From Paraspadella gotoi (taxonomy: Eukaryota > Animalia > Chaetognatha): 48,008 nt of DNA. Under the pieces are notes generated by a model, which did no database searches, had not been told where the DNA came from, and worked only from the letters and a program-made list of their open reading frames with translations. Of the stretch, positions 12,901-24,992 are shown piece after piece. The stretch's first letter is position 1. The number at the start of each line of letters is the position of its first letter. Where the stretch lies: assembly GCA_051294375.1 (NCBI GenBank), contig CM119270.1:14435188-14483195 (forward strand), in the 5' to 3' direction. The translations under genes were made by a program, and so were the position numbers.

Positions 12901-13666
12901 AGAGCAGAGAAGAGAGAGAGAGACGAGAGAGAGAGGCGGGAGAGAGAGAGAGTTCAATACGCCTCACTGGTCATCGTCCTGTAATAAATTTCAACCTTCT
13001 CCGTGCATTGTTATTAATCGAAATGTGTTATTTCGTTTAACAATAAAAAAGGCAAAAAAGCGGCCTTGATGAGACTTACCTGGATGACGTTGTGGCAGGC
13101 GGGTGAAAGGGTGACCGAAAGGAAGCGGCGGTGGGAGGGGGTAAGGTTAAGGTAGGGGGAGAGAGTTGAAGGAGCCGCGTAGAAAGAGAAATGGTATGCG
13201 GAAGGAACAAATCGTGGGGGAAGAAATAAAAATTTTGATTAAAGTTAAATTTGTATAAAAGTGTCATTGTCTCATCTATTTTTAAATCGATTAGGACACT
13301 CATTTTTAATTACGGAAAAAAAATCATTAGCAGAAAGCGAATTGAAAATAAGACCTTTTTTCCAAAAATTAAAAAAAGAGTCGTTTTTAGATTAAAAAAA
13401 AAAAAGTTAAAAGTGAAAAAAAAATTATGAAAAAATGAGATCAAATGATTGATCCTTTCAAAATCTTTTTTCCTGAGATAAATCGTTTAGATGGCACGCA
13501 AGAGAAAGGCAAAGGAGAGAGAGCAGAGAGAGAGAGAGCAGGAGATGAGAGAGAGAGAGAAAGAAGAGAGAGAGAGAGAGAGAGATAGAGAAAGAATGCC
13601 TATTTAGAGAGCGGAATAGCTATTGATGAAATGAGCGGTAGAAACTGGCGGTCCCGAGTTTACTCT

Positions 13667-13724
<58 letters not shown>

Positions 13725-14019
13725 TATCTCTCTCCTCTCTCTCTCTCCGAAACCGACGTTGTCGAAAAACTCTAATTATGGCGAACTTGCGAGCAGGCGG
13801 AGACTCGAGGGCAGAAACCCCACGACGACGACGACCTGACGACGACGACGACCTAACCACAAGGGTGAGGAAAAAAAGGTGAGTGAAACGATAATTACCC
13901 CGTTTATAGGTGAGACCCGTAAGCGTTGAGCTAAAAACGGCTTTTTTGAAATTTTAAATTATTGAAATCGAAGAAAAGTAATTTCTCCTCCTCATACCTC
14001 TCTTTCTCTGCTCTTCTCC

Positions 14020-14065
<46 letters not shown>

Positions 14066-14199
14066 TCCTCATTCTTTCTCTCTCTCTCTCATTCTTTCTC
14101 TCTCCTCTCTCATTCTTTCTCTCAGCTTCGATTGAACTGAAATATCGCAATTTCGTCGCGTTCTGATCGTCATCTTCCTTATCCTCTTCCTCCTCCTCC
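8061..14199 (+). repeat. Copy B of the ~6.1-kb duplication; continues as an indel-rich match (14200-14651) to 7595-8035
   Basis: Starts at the same base (gagaggaggagagagg..) immediately after a 25-N gap (8036-8060), exactly as copy A does after 1431-1455. Confidence 0.96.
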
Positions 14200-14719
14200 A
14201 TCTTCCTCCTCCTCCTCACTCCTTTTTGCTTTTGAGCATCTTTTTTAGTAACCAAAGACAAAAAGAATCCTTAAATAATTTTTGGCCATTATTTGAGGGT
14301 CGGGGCGGCCGCCGTCTCTGACGCCGGGGGGGGGCGTTGGGAGGCGGCGCTGCCAAATGCGGCGTTAGGTGTCAAAGCGTCCTCTGGCACGAGGAAGGCG
14401 AATGCGAGGTGGGGAGTGGGTAGGGGGCGTTGAAATAGAGTTTGGAACAGTGACCGTTTACGACGTATTGTTTCATTTTTTTCTGGTTTATTTGTTTAAG
14501 TATGATTTATATATTGTTCTGTCCTCAATCACTGGCGTTCGTTGATCGGATTGAGGAAAAAATATAATAATTCGGTTTAAAAAAAATGTTTTAGAAAAAT
14601 CGAAAACACTTTAAAATCAACCATTACTCGTCATATCCTTCTCACCCTTTCCAGAGATGAGAGAAGAAGAGACGACTGAGAGGAGAAGAGAGAGAGAATG
14701 AGAGAGAGAAGAGAGATGA

Positions 14720-14760
<41 letters not shown>

Positions 14761-15527
14761 ATGAAATATCTGGTGCCACCTTAGCTGCGTTAAAGTCATT
14801 TAGCTTTTTGGTCGACCTCATTACGAAAGAAAGAAAAAAATCGTGGACTTAACCGGAAGAACTTTTTCGAAAAAGTAAAGTTTTTTGGGGGCCGACTTTT
14901 AAAAAAAATTACAGGGCTTTTCTTTTCAACCGCAATTTTTACGTAATTTTTAAGTAAGTAAGACGAAGAAAAAATGTAAAAATCTTCATGTAGAAAATAC
15001 AACTTTTTGAAATAACACATATTATAAAACCAGACATTAAATATAACGAATACAGTTAATTATTGGACCCAAATAATAATAACTAATTTCATAAAACATT
15101 TTTTAAAAAAATTTCTAGTTGGATTTTGGTCAGAAATTTTAACCACAAAGAATAACCTGGTAAAAAAAATAACAAATTTGGGCGCAAAGTAAAAAATAAT
15201 TTGCGTTAGGACAGAGAGAATGGCTGGATGACTTTCCAAAAATAACAACAGAACCGATTGCGACTTCTCTTGCCAACCGCTGATGACGAAAAACTTATTA
15301 GTGGGTATGTTTTTCCTATTTTTCTCTTTCTTCGAGCGAAAACGAAAGAAAAAAACGAAAAAAAAAGAAAGAAAAAAAGGAAATTCAGAAAGTGGCGCGA
15401 AAATTTGAGAATTTCTCTTTCCTTCTCTTATGTTGCACATCTACTTCCAATTTGCTGCTATCAATCATGCAGACTTTCTTCTAATATCACTTTCCCGCAC
15501 ATTTCCTTGATTATGCTCCCATTCTCC

Positions 15528-15530
<3 letters not shown>

Positions 15531-15600
<70 letters not shown>
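15531..15600. repeat. Pure (TC)n microsatellite
   Basis: 70 bp uninterrupted. Confidence 0.98.
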
Positions 15601-15604
<4 letters not shown>

Positions 15605-15970
15605 AAATTTCGATCGCGGATTCGCTACACGAATTTACCCTAACTCATGACTCGTAATTACGATGTCGTCGCTGTTTTGTTGTTGTTGTAGTTGTTGTTG
15701 TCATCGCGGTCTACGAATTTGCTTTATGCGTCTTTATCCTACTTTTCGGTCCAGAGATTCCGATCGTCGTAAAAACCATCGTCGCCTGTCCTTCATCGAT
15801 TTTACGTTAAAACGAAAACAAATCGCGTTTACTGTAAAAATCGGGTTCGGTCTCTGGTCTATAACTAAATTTACTGTAATCGAGGCGAAAAGAATCGAAT
15901 AGCGGTGATGTCTGGTAAATTTCAAAATTAATGAAATTTAAAATTCCGAAAAAATACCGTTACATTACAG

Positions 15971-16073
15971 ACAGAAATACTGACGCATCTAAGGATGCTC
16001 ATGGTGCTGCCGATGCTCCAGATGCTGTAGACGCTCTCCCGATACCCCAAATGCATCTCTCGAGCCTTGGTTA
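15971..16073. other. Exon-like high-complexity island; strand and frame unresolved
   Basis: Plus strand: cattacAG|acRNTDASKDAHGAADAPDAVDALPIPQMHLSSLG*. Minus strand: accaAG|AREMHLGYRESVYSIWSIGSTMSILRC|GTcagt or GSRDAFGVSGERLQHLEHRQHHEHP*. No family recognised. Confidence 0.2.
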
Positions 16074-16319
16074 AGAATTTTGCTAATTCGGTGATTATTG
16101 AGAACAAAGACGACGAAAGTGGCGTCATTTTGATTTTGAGGAGAGGGTGATGAGGGAGAGGAAGGAGGAGGAGGAGGAAGAAGAGGAAGAGGAGAACCAG
16201 CCTCCTTCCGAAATCGTCTTTTCTTCATTAAAGGGAATATTTCTTTTAATGTTTCATAGAATAATCCGTCTGAAATAGAAACTCGCTAGATTAACTTCGT
16301 CATTTTTCACGTTTTCGGC

Positions 16320-16333
16320 TCGTCGTCGTCGTT

Positions 16334-16369
<36 letters not shown>
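16320..16369. repeat. (TCG)n microsatellite
   Basis: About 16 units with one interruption. Confidence 0.95.
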
Positions 16370-17178
16370 CCAGTTTTGCGATTTGACAATCAACGTTGAT
16401 TCCATTTTTCTTTTTCGTATTCGCATTAGCGGCGGCGGCCGCGATGGCGGAGAAAGCGGCAGCGGAGACGGCGGCGGCGGCGGCGTTGGAGGCGACGGTG
16501 GCGCCGTCTCTCGGTGGAAAAGAAAAAGAACGTAAAAGTTCGCGAATTTTCGGTGTCTCAAAATCAGGATTAAGTTTGATTATTATTTCGTGACTTTGTG
16601 AATTGAATTTTTCCCATCCGACAGTTGATCCTCTAATTAAAGATGAGTTTTAATGTCTCACAAACACTATACTCGGGATTGACTTTTCTGGCTCACAGTC
16701 GGATTTTTAAAAAGACATCGATTTTTGTTTCTTTTTATTCTGTTTCTTCATCTGAATTTTTTAAAAAACTTTTTACTCTGTGAATTTTCTTCATGATTTA
16801 CAATATAAGTTATGTCCGACATGGTTTTAAAATTTTACTTCTCTGAACCGCNNNNNNNNNNNNNNNNNNNNNNNNNNNNNNNNNNNNNNNNNNNNNNNNN
16901 NNNNNNNNNNNNNNNNNNNNNNNNNNNNNNNNNNNNNNNNNNNNNNNNNNNNNNNNNNNNNNNNNNNNNNNNNNNNNNNNNNNNNNNNNNNNNNNNNNNN
17001 NNNNNNNNNNNNNNNNNNNNNNNNNNNNNNNNNNNNNNNNNNNNNNNNNNNNNNNNNNNNNNNNNNNNNNNNNNNNNNNNNNNNTCATCCTTGACCATGT
17101 CCTCCTTGTCATTTTTCTTTTACTCAATCACCTCTTTTTTCGACGTTTCCTTTATTTCTTTCTCCCCTTGTCCTATTA

Positions 17179-17394
17179 TTCTTTCCACAGCTTGTACTTT
17201 CCGAGGCTTGTCTTTTTCACTGCTTGTTCTTTCCACCGTTTGTCCTTTCCACCGCTTGTCCTTTCAACCGCTTGTCCTTTTCCGCGCTTGTTCTTTCCAA
17301 GGCTTGTCCTTTCCACTGCTTGTCCTTTTCCGCGCTTGTTCTTTCCAAGGCTTGTCCTTTACACTGCTTGTCCTTTCCACTGCTTGTCCATTCC
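17179..17394. repeat. 16-bp-unit minisatellite, consensus GCTTGTCCTTTCCACT, ~13 copies
   Basis: Direct tandem copies. A 48-bp trimer is repeated at 17270-17317 and 17318-17365. Confidence 0.93.
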
Positions 17395-19164
17395 TTCGGC
17401 CTTGGCCTCGGACCGAAACCAATTATCGGAGGTAATTAGAATCGTTCTCCGGAGGACCATCGCCGAAATTAGGAAACCTGGCGACTTTGGCGGGCGGGCG
17501 GCGCGGCGGCGGCGGGGTGGCAGCGGCGGCTGCGGCTGCGGCGAAAGAAGTAGAGNNNNNNNNNNNNNNNNNNNNNNNNNNNNNNNNNNNNNNNNNNNNN
17601 NNNNNNNNNNNNNNNNNNNNNNNNNNNNNNNNNNNNNNNNNNNNNNNNNNNNNNNNNNNNNNNNNNNNNNNNNNNNNNNNNNNNNNNNNNNNNNNNNNNN
17701 NNNNNNNNNNNNNNNNNNNNNNNNNNNNNNNNNNNNNNNNNNNNNNNNNNNNNNNNNNNNNNNNNNNNNNNNNNNNNNNNNNNNNNNNNNNGAGAGAGAG
17801 AGAGAGTTCATTTTGCGGAAACTACATCCGCAATAATAACAATAACGCCAAAAACAGCTTAAGTTGCAAAAACAGTCCTTTTTCTAACTCTGTCGAGCGA
17901 CATTTACCGTTAAATTTCCCGCCTTCCTTCCCAAACATTTCATCACCATTCTCAACACTTTCTCAAGAGACAATTCGACCACAACTCCTTCGCCGCCGCG
18001 AGACCCGCCATTCCGCGCCAAAAAAAACCGCCCCAGCCGAAACCTCTATAACTGGCGTCGCGGATGGCACGCCATAACTGGCACAATGACGCCGAAATGG
18101 GGCGATCGCCGCGCCGGCAGGAAAAGCGACGGAATATCGAAAATGGCCGGGAATTTAGGGGCGCGTCTATCAATNNNNNNNNNNNNNNNNNNNNNNNNNN
18201 NNNNNNNNNNNNNNNNNNNNNNNNNNNNNNNNNNNNNNNNNNNNNNNNNNNNNNNNNNNNNNNNNNNNNNNNNNNNNNNNNNNNNNNNNNNNNNNNNNNN
18301 NNNNNNNNNNNNNNNNNNNNNNNNNNNNNNNNNNNNNNNNNNNNNNNNNNNNNNNNNNNNNNNNNNNNNNNNNNNNNNNNNNNGAGAGAGAGGATATTTA
18401 CGATTACGATCGCGCCAAAGGGTTGCGCCGCTGTGTTTCGAAGGTGAGAAGAGGTTTTCCTTTAGCCAATGACACGGGAAATCGTTTGTCCTTTTTTTGT
18501 CTTTGTTTCCTTGTCCTTTTTTTGTTTCTCTTTCCTTGTCCTTTTTGAGCTTTTCTTTCCTTGTCAATGTCGACTTTGTTATCATCATCAATGACACTTT
18601 GACTATAAACTCGAGAAGAATTATTATAGGGAAGAGATTTATTCCGCAGTAACAACGAAGACGACGACGATGACGACGAAGACAACAACGACGGGCATAA
18701 AAAGGAGACTTAATNNNNNNNNNNNNNNNNNNNNNNNNNNNNNNNNNNNNNNNNNNNNNNNNNNNNNNNNNNNNNNNNNNNNNNNNNNNNNNNNNNNNNN
18801 NNNNNNNNNNNNNNNNNNNNNNNNNNNNNNNNNNNNNNNNNNNNNNNNNNNNNNNNNNNNNNNNNNNNNNNNNNNNNNNNNNNNNNNNNNNNNNNNNNNN
18901 NNNNNNNNNNNNNNNNNNNNNNNNNNNNNNNNNNNNNNNNNNNNNNNNNNNNNNNNNNNNNNNNNNNNNNNNNNNNNNNNNNNNNNNNNNNNNNNNNNNN
19001 NNNNNNNNNNNNNNNNNNNCCGTTCAGACAAATAATGCAAAGGCTCCCATGGAGCGAAACGCGACCATAGGCATCATTATCTGTTACGACCCCGGCTTTC
19101 AATCGGACAAAGGAAGGGGGGACACCAAAGGCTTTTCCAAGTTCAGCCATCTCCCCCCCCGGCT

Positions 19165-19207
<43 letters not shown>

Positions 19208-20171
19208 TCGTCTCGGTCTCTCCTGTCTCTGCTCTCTTCTCTCTTCTCTTGCTCCGTCTTTGCTCTCTTTCTATCACCGTCGTGGCAAATTTAAACACCG
19301 AGACTCCGACCACCTCAGAATCGAAAAGACGGTGCAATGAATTCGGAAAGCGTTGAAGTTTCGTCGCAGAATCGGAACCAAGTTCTCTGATGTCGCACGA
19401 GTATTCAACTTTTATTGCGCTAAGAATTTTCACCATCATTTTTAAATATTTGGCCGTGGGAGATCGTTGGGTTTTTAAAAGAGAACAACTTTAAAACACT
19501 AAAATAGATAACAATATTTTCTTTCTTGTTACTTGGTAAACATGAACTATTTAATTTCAAATGTAATTTAAACTAGTATTGACTTATGAAGACCACTACA
19601 AACAGGTCTTACAACCACCAAAAAGTTTAAACTCTATTGACCACAAACCTTAGGAATTCTTATCTCTCTGAGAAATATAACCTAATCTTATGAGAACAAT
19701 TTTAAAGCGACAAAAGCCCAATATTTTCAATTATACAATAGGTTCTCTTGAACGTCCTTCTCCGTTAACTTCAAGAACAGCTTCAACGTTACAGACTGGA
19801 TTAACGACGCTAACATTTTCACCCCCCCACAATCCGACAACCCCAAAACCCCAAAACCCCACAATCCCACCTCTCCACAACCCCACTTAATGCGCTACCC
19901 CCGTGGAACAAAAGTCAAACGGAAATCCTTGGGTGGAATCCCATCCTTCTCTCCAAAAGGGAAACCATTTGTGAACATTTAACTGACCAAAGGCGGCGGC
20001 GGGTTGGCGGCGGCGACGTTGGCGGCGGCAGCGGCAGAGGTGTTTACCGCCGACGCCTCAAGAATGATGATGACGACGACGACGACAATGAAGACGACGA
20101 AGAGAACGAAGATGACGACGACGAAAACCGGAATTGAAAAGATTTATCTCCTTTGCGTCGATTCCCGTTTA

Positions 20172-20175
<4 letters not shown>

Positions 20176-20259
<84 letters not shown>
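20176..20259. repeat. Pure (TC)n microsatellite
   Basis: 84 bp uninterrupted. Confidence 0.98.
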
Positions 20260-20262
<3 letters not shown>

Positions 20263-20546
20263 GTTCCGAGTCTTTATGTTCTCCTCGGATGCGAATTCAT
20301 GTAAATCGTATCCCGATTCATCGAATCCCGAACTACAGAGCGAACGAACGACGACGACGATGATGACAAACGACTACAAATATAATTATAACGAGTCATC
20401 GATGATGATTTTATGGACAATAAATAAAGTTAAACAAATAAATAAAACTTAGCGAATTTTAATTTGTGACTAAAAATAGAAATCTACAACAACATGAGGA
20501 AATCATGAGCTTGTAATTATTTTTTTCGCGTGTACAATGTACAATA

Positions 20547-21164
20547 TACATTAAGGCGTAGTGAAAGTGACATACGAAAATTCTAAAAGTTAATTATGAA
20601 CAACATACCATCAGTGAACATTAATTTGTAAAAAAAATTTATTTTATGTTTTTTAATTTTCGCAGTAGGCTATATTTATATATAAAATCCTTATAAAATC
20701 GAAAAATTTCAAAATAGGCTTTTTAAAATTTTGAATACAGATTTGAATTCCTCGTCAAAAGTTGATAGAAGAAAATATAAATCATTTTTAAAAATTCTTT
20801 CATTAAGTGGGTTAAAAATTAAAAAAACTATATTTAATATCTAAAAAGTTAATTTCCAGCTTAAAATATAGTTTTTCTAATTTTTGACCCACTTAATGAA
20901 GGAATTTTTTAAAAAGAGTTATATTTCTTTTTATCAACTTTTTATGACGAATCCAAATCTGCAAAAAAATCTTAGAAAAAACTGTTTTGAAATTTTAACA
21001 TTTATTGGTTTATTACTAGTATAAATATGGCCTACTGCGTAAATTGTAAAATCTATTATAAATTTTTTTATTACATAAATGTTTATTAGTATAATGTTGT
21101 TCGTTCCTCACTTTTATAATTTTAATTAAAGTTAAATTTAGGAATTTTACTACGCCTTAATGTA
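20547..21164. mobile_element. Fold-back/palindromic MITE (non-autonomous DNA transposon) with ends TTAA|GGCGTAGT...ACTACGCC|TTAA
   Basis: Perfect 16-bp inverted termini tacattaaggcgtagt (20547-20562) and actacgccttaatgta (21149-21164). Nested imperfect pairs: cgcagtaggc/gcctactgcg, cagatttgaattc/gaatccaaatctg, aaaagttgata/tatcaactttt, cattaagtgggttaaaaatt/aatttttgacccacttaatg. Centre ~20835-20860. AT-rich, no ORF, and a second copy is present in the window. Confidence 0.88.
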
Positions 21165-21257
21165 CATACACTGAAAAATTTTGGAAGATTTGTTTTAAAT
21201 TTTTTTTTACATTAAAGAAATAGTATTAAAGGTATAATTCGCAGTTAAGAAAAGTCA

Positions 21258-21297
<40 letters not shown>

Positions 21298-23423
21298 CTC
21301 TGAATTCCCTCCTCTCTCTCTTTCTCTCGACCATTAGAATGCTCGTCGCGGGCCGTCCGCTCGCATTCCGGCCGGGCCTCAGAGAGAAATCTTCCCTCGG
21401 TGACAAATAACTTCCAGCATTGTGCTAGAGCGGCAAGGCTCGGTTCGGCTTCGCGTCGTGGTAGTCGGTCTCTCCATCCCTCTCTAACTCTCTCTCTACT
21501 TCGTTCTCTCCCTCCTCTCTCTCTCTTGCTCTCTATTCTTTCTCTCACTCTCTCTCTCTCTCTTTCTCTCGGAAAGGCGAAAAGTCTTGACTCGAGCGCC
21601 TGACAAACGAGGCGGATCCTCGGGAGGCGTGGCCGCGCGGACAGTGTCGCCATTTCCGGTTTTTCCGGTGTGAGAAGTTGGAGAGTGGGTGAGGAGGGTA
21701 AGGACGGTGAGGAGTCAATGATTCGGGCTTCGGTGGGGGGGGGAGGTCAAAGGGCTTAGGTGGGGTGGTGTTAGAAGGTTTGAATGAGAGAGAGCAATAG
21801 AATCTTGCTCCCAAAAATAGTTTGATGATTTCTGTGCTGTTTACGGTTAATACTGTTTTCTTTATTTTTGGGTCCAACCTTCGTTCAAAAAAATTTTTAG
21901 TTGGATATTTTCGTAAGCGAAAAAGGATAATTGTGAAGAAATTAATAGACGATTTTGAGTTATTCTTTCAATTCCTTCACATTTAATTTTAATTATATTA
22001 GTATATGTCCAAATTTTAAAGCCGGTCATTTGCAATCAGTCGCAATCCCACTGGCGAAGTCCACGCCGCAAACGAAACGTGACGCCATCGCTTTTCCGGT
22101 CGAACGCCGACGCCGTTGCCTTAGAAACCGCGGGGCTAAGATCGGGTCACGTTCGTCCTAAATCTCATTTACATATTGTAGCTGGATCGTAATTTGAGAA
22201 GAGTGGGCAGAGGCTTGAGAGTGGAAGAAAAAGAAAGGTTAAAGACAATGAGAATAGAATGTAGGGCTTAGATCTCTTGGCCTCTACACTGCAGAAAGAA
22301 TGAAAACGTTAAAACACTCATTAAAACTAAATAAATTTGCATAATAAACGTAAGTACCTATTGGATATCAAAAGTGTAAAAGATACCATCAATTCCATTA
22401 ATATCGTTTTTGATATTCACATAAAGAATAATATTCTTCCTGTAGGTCAGTTTCTATCGCTGTCCTAGTTATTTTTGGTTTTTTTGTACATTTTTTATCT
22501 TAGTTTAGTTTTACTTGTTCAGCGCTTTGTTATTGATTTTGTTGCCGATTTTGTTAATACNNNNNNNNNNNNNNNNNNNNNNNNNTCTGTTTGATTAATA
22601 AAAAAATTCCTTAGGTCAATTGTCTAATGCTCGACCATCAACTTTTCAGATGTAGACTCAATGATAAGAAGGATTTCGAAGACCCCTGCCCACCTTAATT
22701 CCAAACGACGTGTCGGATCGAAAACCGAGTTTTTAAGTCGCTTCGTCATTAAACATCCGTCGAATTTCGTCACCACAAAGCAGAGGGCGTTTCTAATGAA
22801 GCTGCGTTATGAAATAAATGAATGAATAAATAAATTAAATAAAATGAATGAGTTGGGGAAGAAAGCGACGACCTTGCGGTGACAGTGGTATCGAAACCGC
22901 TGAGGGATATCGGACATCGTCGTTGTCTGTCAGTCGTCGTCCTGAGGAGACGCAGCCACGTACCCGCTTTTCCCAGTCGTCACCCGTTTTGTTTTCCTCT
23001 TCCGTCGTCATCGTCGTCGTGCGCTGTCTTTGGTCCAGCAGCGCCTCTAGCGGCTGTCTGTGTCAGCATGGAGGTGGCGTTTCGTTTTCTCTTTTGTAAT
23101 TCTCAAATGGAGTTGATTAAGACGACGGATGACGCGACGAACGACAACGACACGATCTTCCATCCCGCCGACGCGGAGGGCGTCGAAGTCGCGTCACATG
23201 ACTTTCTGGTGGGCCTTTTGTTTCCGAGAAGCATTCACGCAGGAAGCAGAGAGAGAGAGAGAAGAGTAGAGGAAGAGCGAAGAAAGCGTGAGAGGGGAGA
23301 GGAGAGATAGAGACGAGAGACGGAGAGAGAGAGAGGGACAAATATACTTAAAGGTTGCAGTTTATGATTTTCTGGAGTTAATTTAGTCTCGCACGCGCTC
23401 ATTTGCGTTCGGGTCTTTGACTT

Positions 23424-23575
23424 CATTAACGTGGCGTTCTGACGTCATTTCACAGTGGCGATTTCGATGTTCATTTTACGTGGCGTTTGACGTTCATTTT
23501 ACGTGCGTTGACGTCATCTTACGTGTCTTTTAAAGTTATTTAGTGGCGATTTGCACGTTCATTTAGTTCGGCGTT
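23424..23575. repeat. Degenerate ~22-bp minisatellite, consensus CATTTTACGTGGCGTTTGACGTT, ~6-7 copies
   Basis: Repeated gtggcg..gacgttcatttt motif with indels. Confidence 0.8.
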
Positions 23576-24510
23576 ATAATGTCCAATTAAATTTTAATTC
23601 GTCCTTTCGACTTATATCTTTCACTATATCACGCTAACATTATGAAGCCACATTTTCTCTTATTATCAATTCATCTAAGTTGCCTTTTCAATTTTCTTTG
23701 AAAACTTTTATTGAAAACCTTAAATGCTACTATGTAAATTCATTGTAGTGAAGCATATTTGTTTAAATGTAGTAACAAACATTATTGCTCTGTCTTCTTC
23801 AGCCAGCTCACAATTGTCCAACTCAATTTCGTCATTTCCTTGATCCCATTCGAAAACTTTTCCTTCTTTTTTGATGGAGGAAAGCGGTCGAGTTTTATAG
23901 GGAAAATTGTTCGTCGTCGACGCGAAGGTCTTCCTTCCCTCCCTCGTCCCCCCCCCCCATCCCCCCCCGACGCAGTCAAAGTCAAGGTTCGTCGGTCCCA
24001 AGACGGCGAGAGTCTCCTCCTTAGAGGAAGGTTTTCAGGGTTCGGGGTTCGAGTCTCTCCCCTCTTTTTTTCGGGGGTCCAGACCTCTGTCTATTTTCTC
24101 CACTCCAGGACCTTCTCATTTCTCACCGCCCTTATCCTCTACCCCCGCCACCACTTCCACCCCGCCAAGCTATAGGTCTCTTATCCCACCCTACGGTCAA
24201 GTCCGGTCGCGGTCCCCTCGAGTTCCAAGGAATCCAGTCTGCGTTTTCCATAGCAACGATAGAACGAACGGGACAGAAAAGATTTTCGTCATAATTGGAA
24301 TTATTTTAGCACGGATTTGGCTTATCACGCAGATTTTCCCAGCTCTAAGTATTTTTTCATTTTGTCGGTCTGTCTGGTTCGCTCCCCCTAATCTTGTCCT
24401 GCGGTAAATCACTTATATACATGTCAGACATTGAATTATTGGATAACATTTATGCAAAAAAAATATGGGTCCGGCTCCGGTCCGATGGTCCGTCCCTACA
24501 GTCCGTATCA

Positions 24511-24992
24511 ATCCTCTTATAAAATCGAGAAAATTTCAAAATAGCTTGTCTAAAATTTTTTATTACAGATTTTGCGAATTCCTTGTCAAAAGTTGATCAA
24601 AAAGAAAATATAAATTCATTTTTTTAAAAAAATGTCCTTTCAAAAGTAAGTGAATTAAAGAATTTTTAAAAAACTACTATAATTTAACAAATAAATTCTA
24701 ATTGTCAGCTTTAAAAATGTAGTTATTTCTGATATTATATATCAACTTTATATGACGAATCCAAATCTGCAAAAAAAAATCTTACAAAAAACGTATTTTG
24801 AAAATTATTAGGATAGTATATTGGTATAAAATATCTGGCCTACTGCAGTTAAAATTGGTTAAAATTATATAAAGAAATTTTTTATATAACAATACAAGTT
24901 CATAGCATAATGATCTGTTCGGTTCCTCAATTTTTAATAGAGATTTTAATTTAAACATCGGTTTACAATTTAGAATTTTTACTACGCCTTTA
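24511..24992 (+). mobile_element. Second, left-truncated and diverged copy of the fold-back MITE, in the same orientation
   Basis: Colinear with ~20687-21160: ttataaaatcga..aaatttcaaaatag, gtcaaaagttgat, tatgacgaatccaaatctgcaaaaaaa, ggcctactgc, gttcctca and the terminal ttttactacgcctt. Confidence 0.85.

Noticed and set aside
1456-14199. LTR retroelement or recent segmental duplication
   Set aside because: No TG..CA ends, primer-binding site or gag/pol. The copies share error-like indels and start at 25-N gaps, which favours an assembly artefact.
17168-17439. Repetitive Cys/Phe-rich ORFs (LVLSTACPF..)
   Set aside because: All frames are open only because of the stop-free 16-bp minisatellite.
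19825-19887. CCCCAAAA repeats resembling hypotrich ciliate telomeres
   Set aside because: Only two exact units within a degenerate internal CCCCACAA-type octamer repeat.
22848-23310. 143-aa and 83-aa plus-strand ORFs
   Set aside because: Low-complexity sequence running into a GA tract, with no recognisable domain or convincing splice sites.
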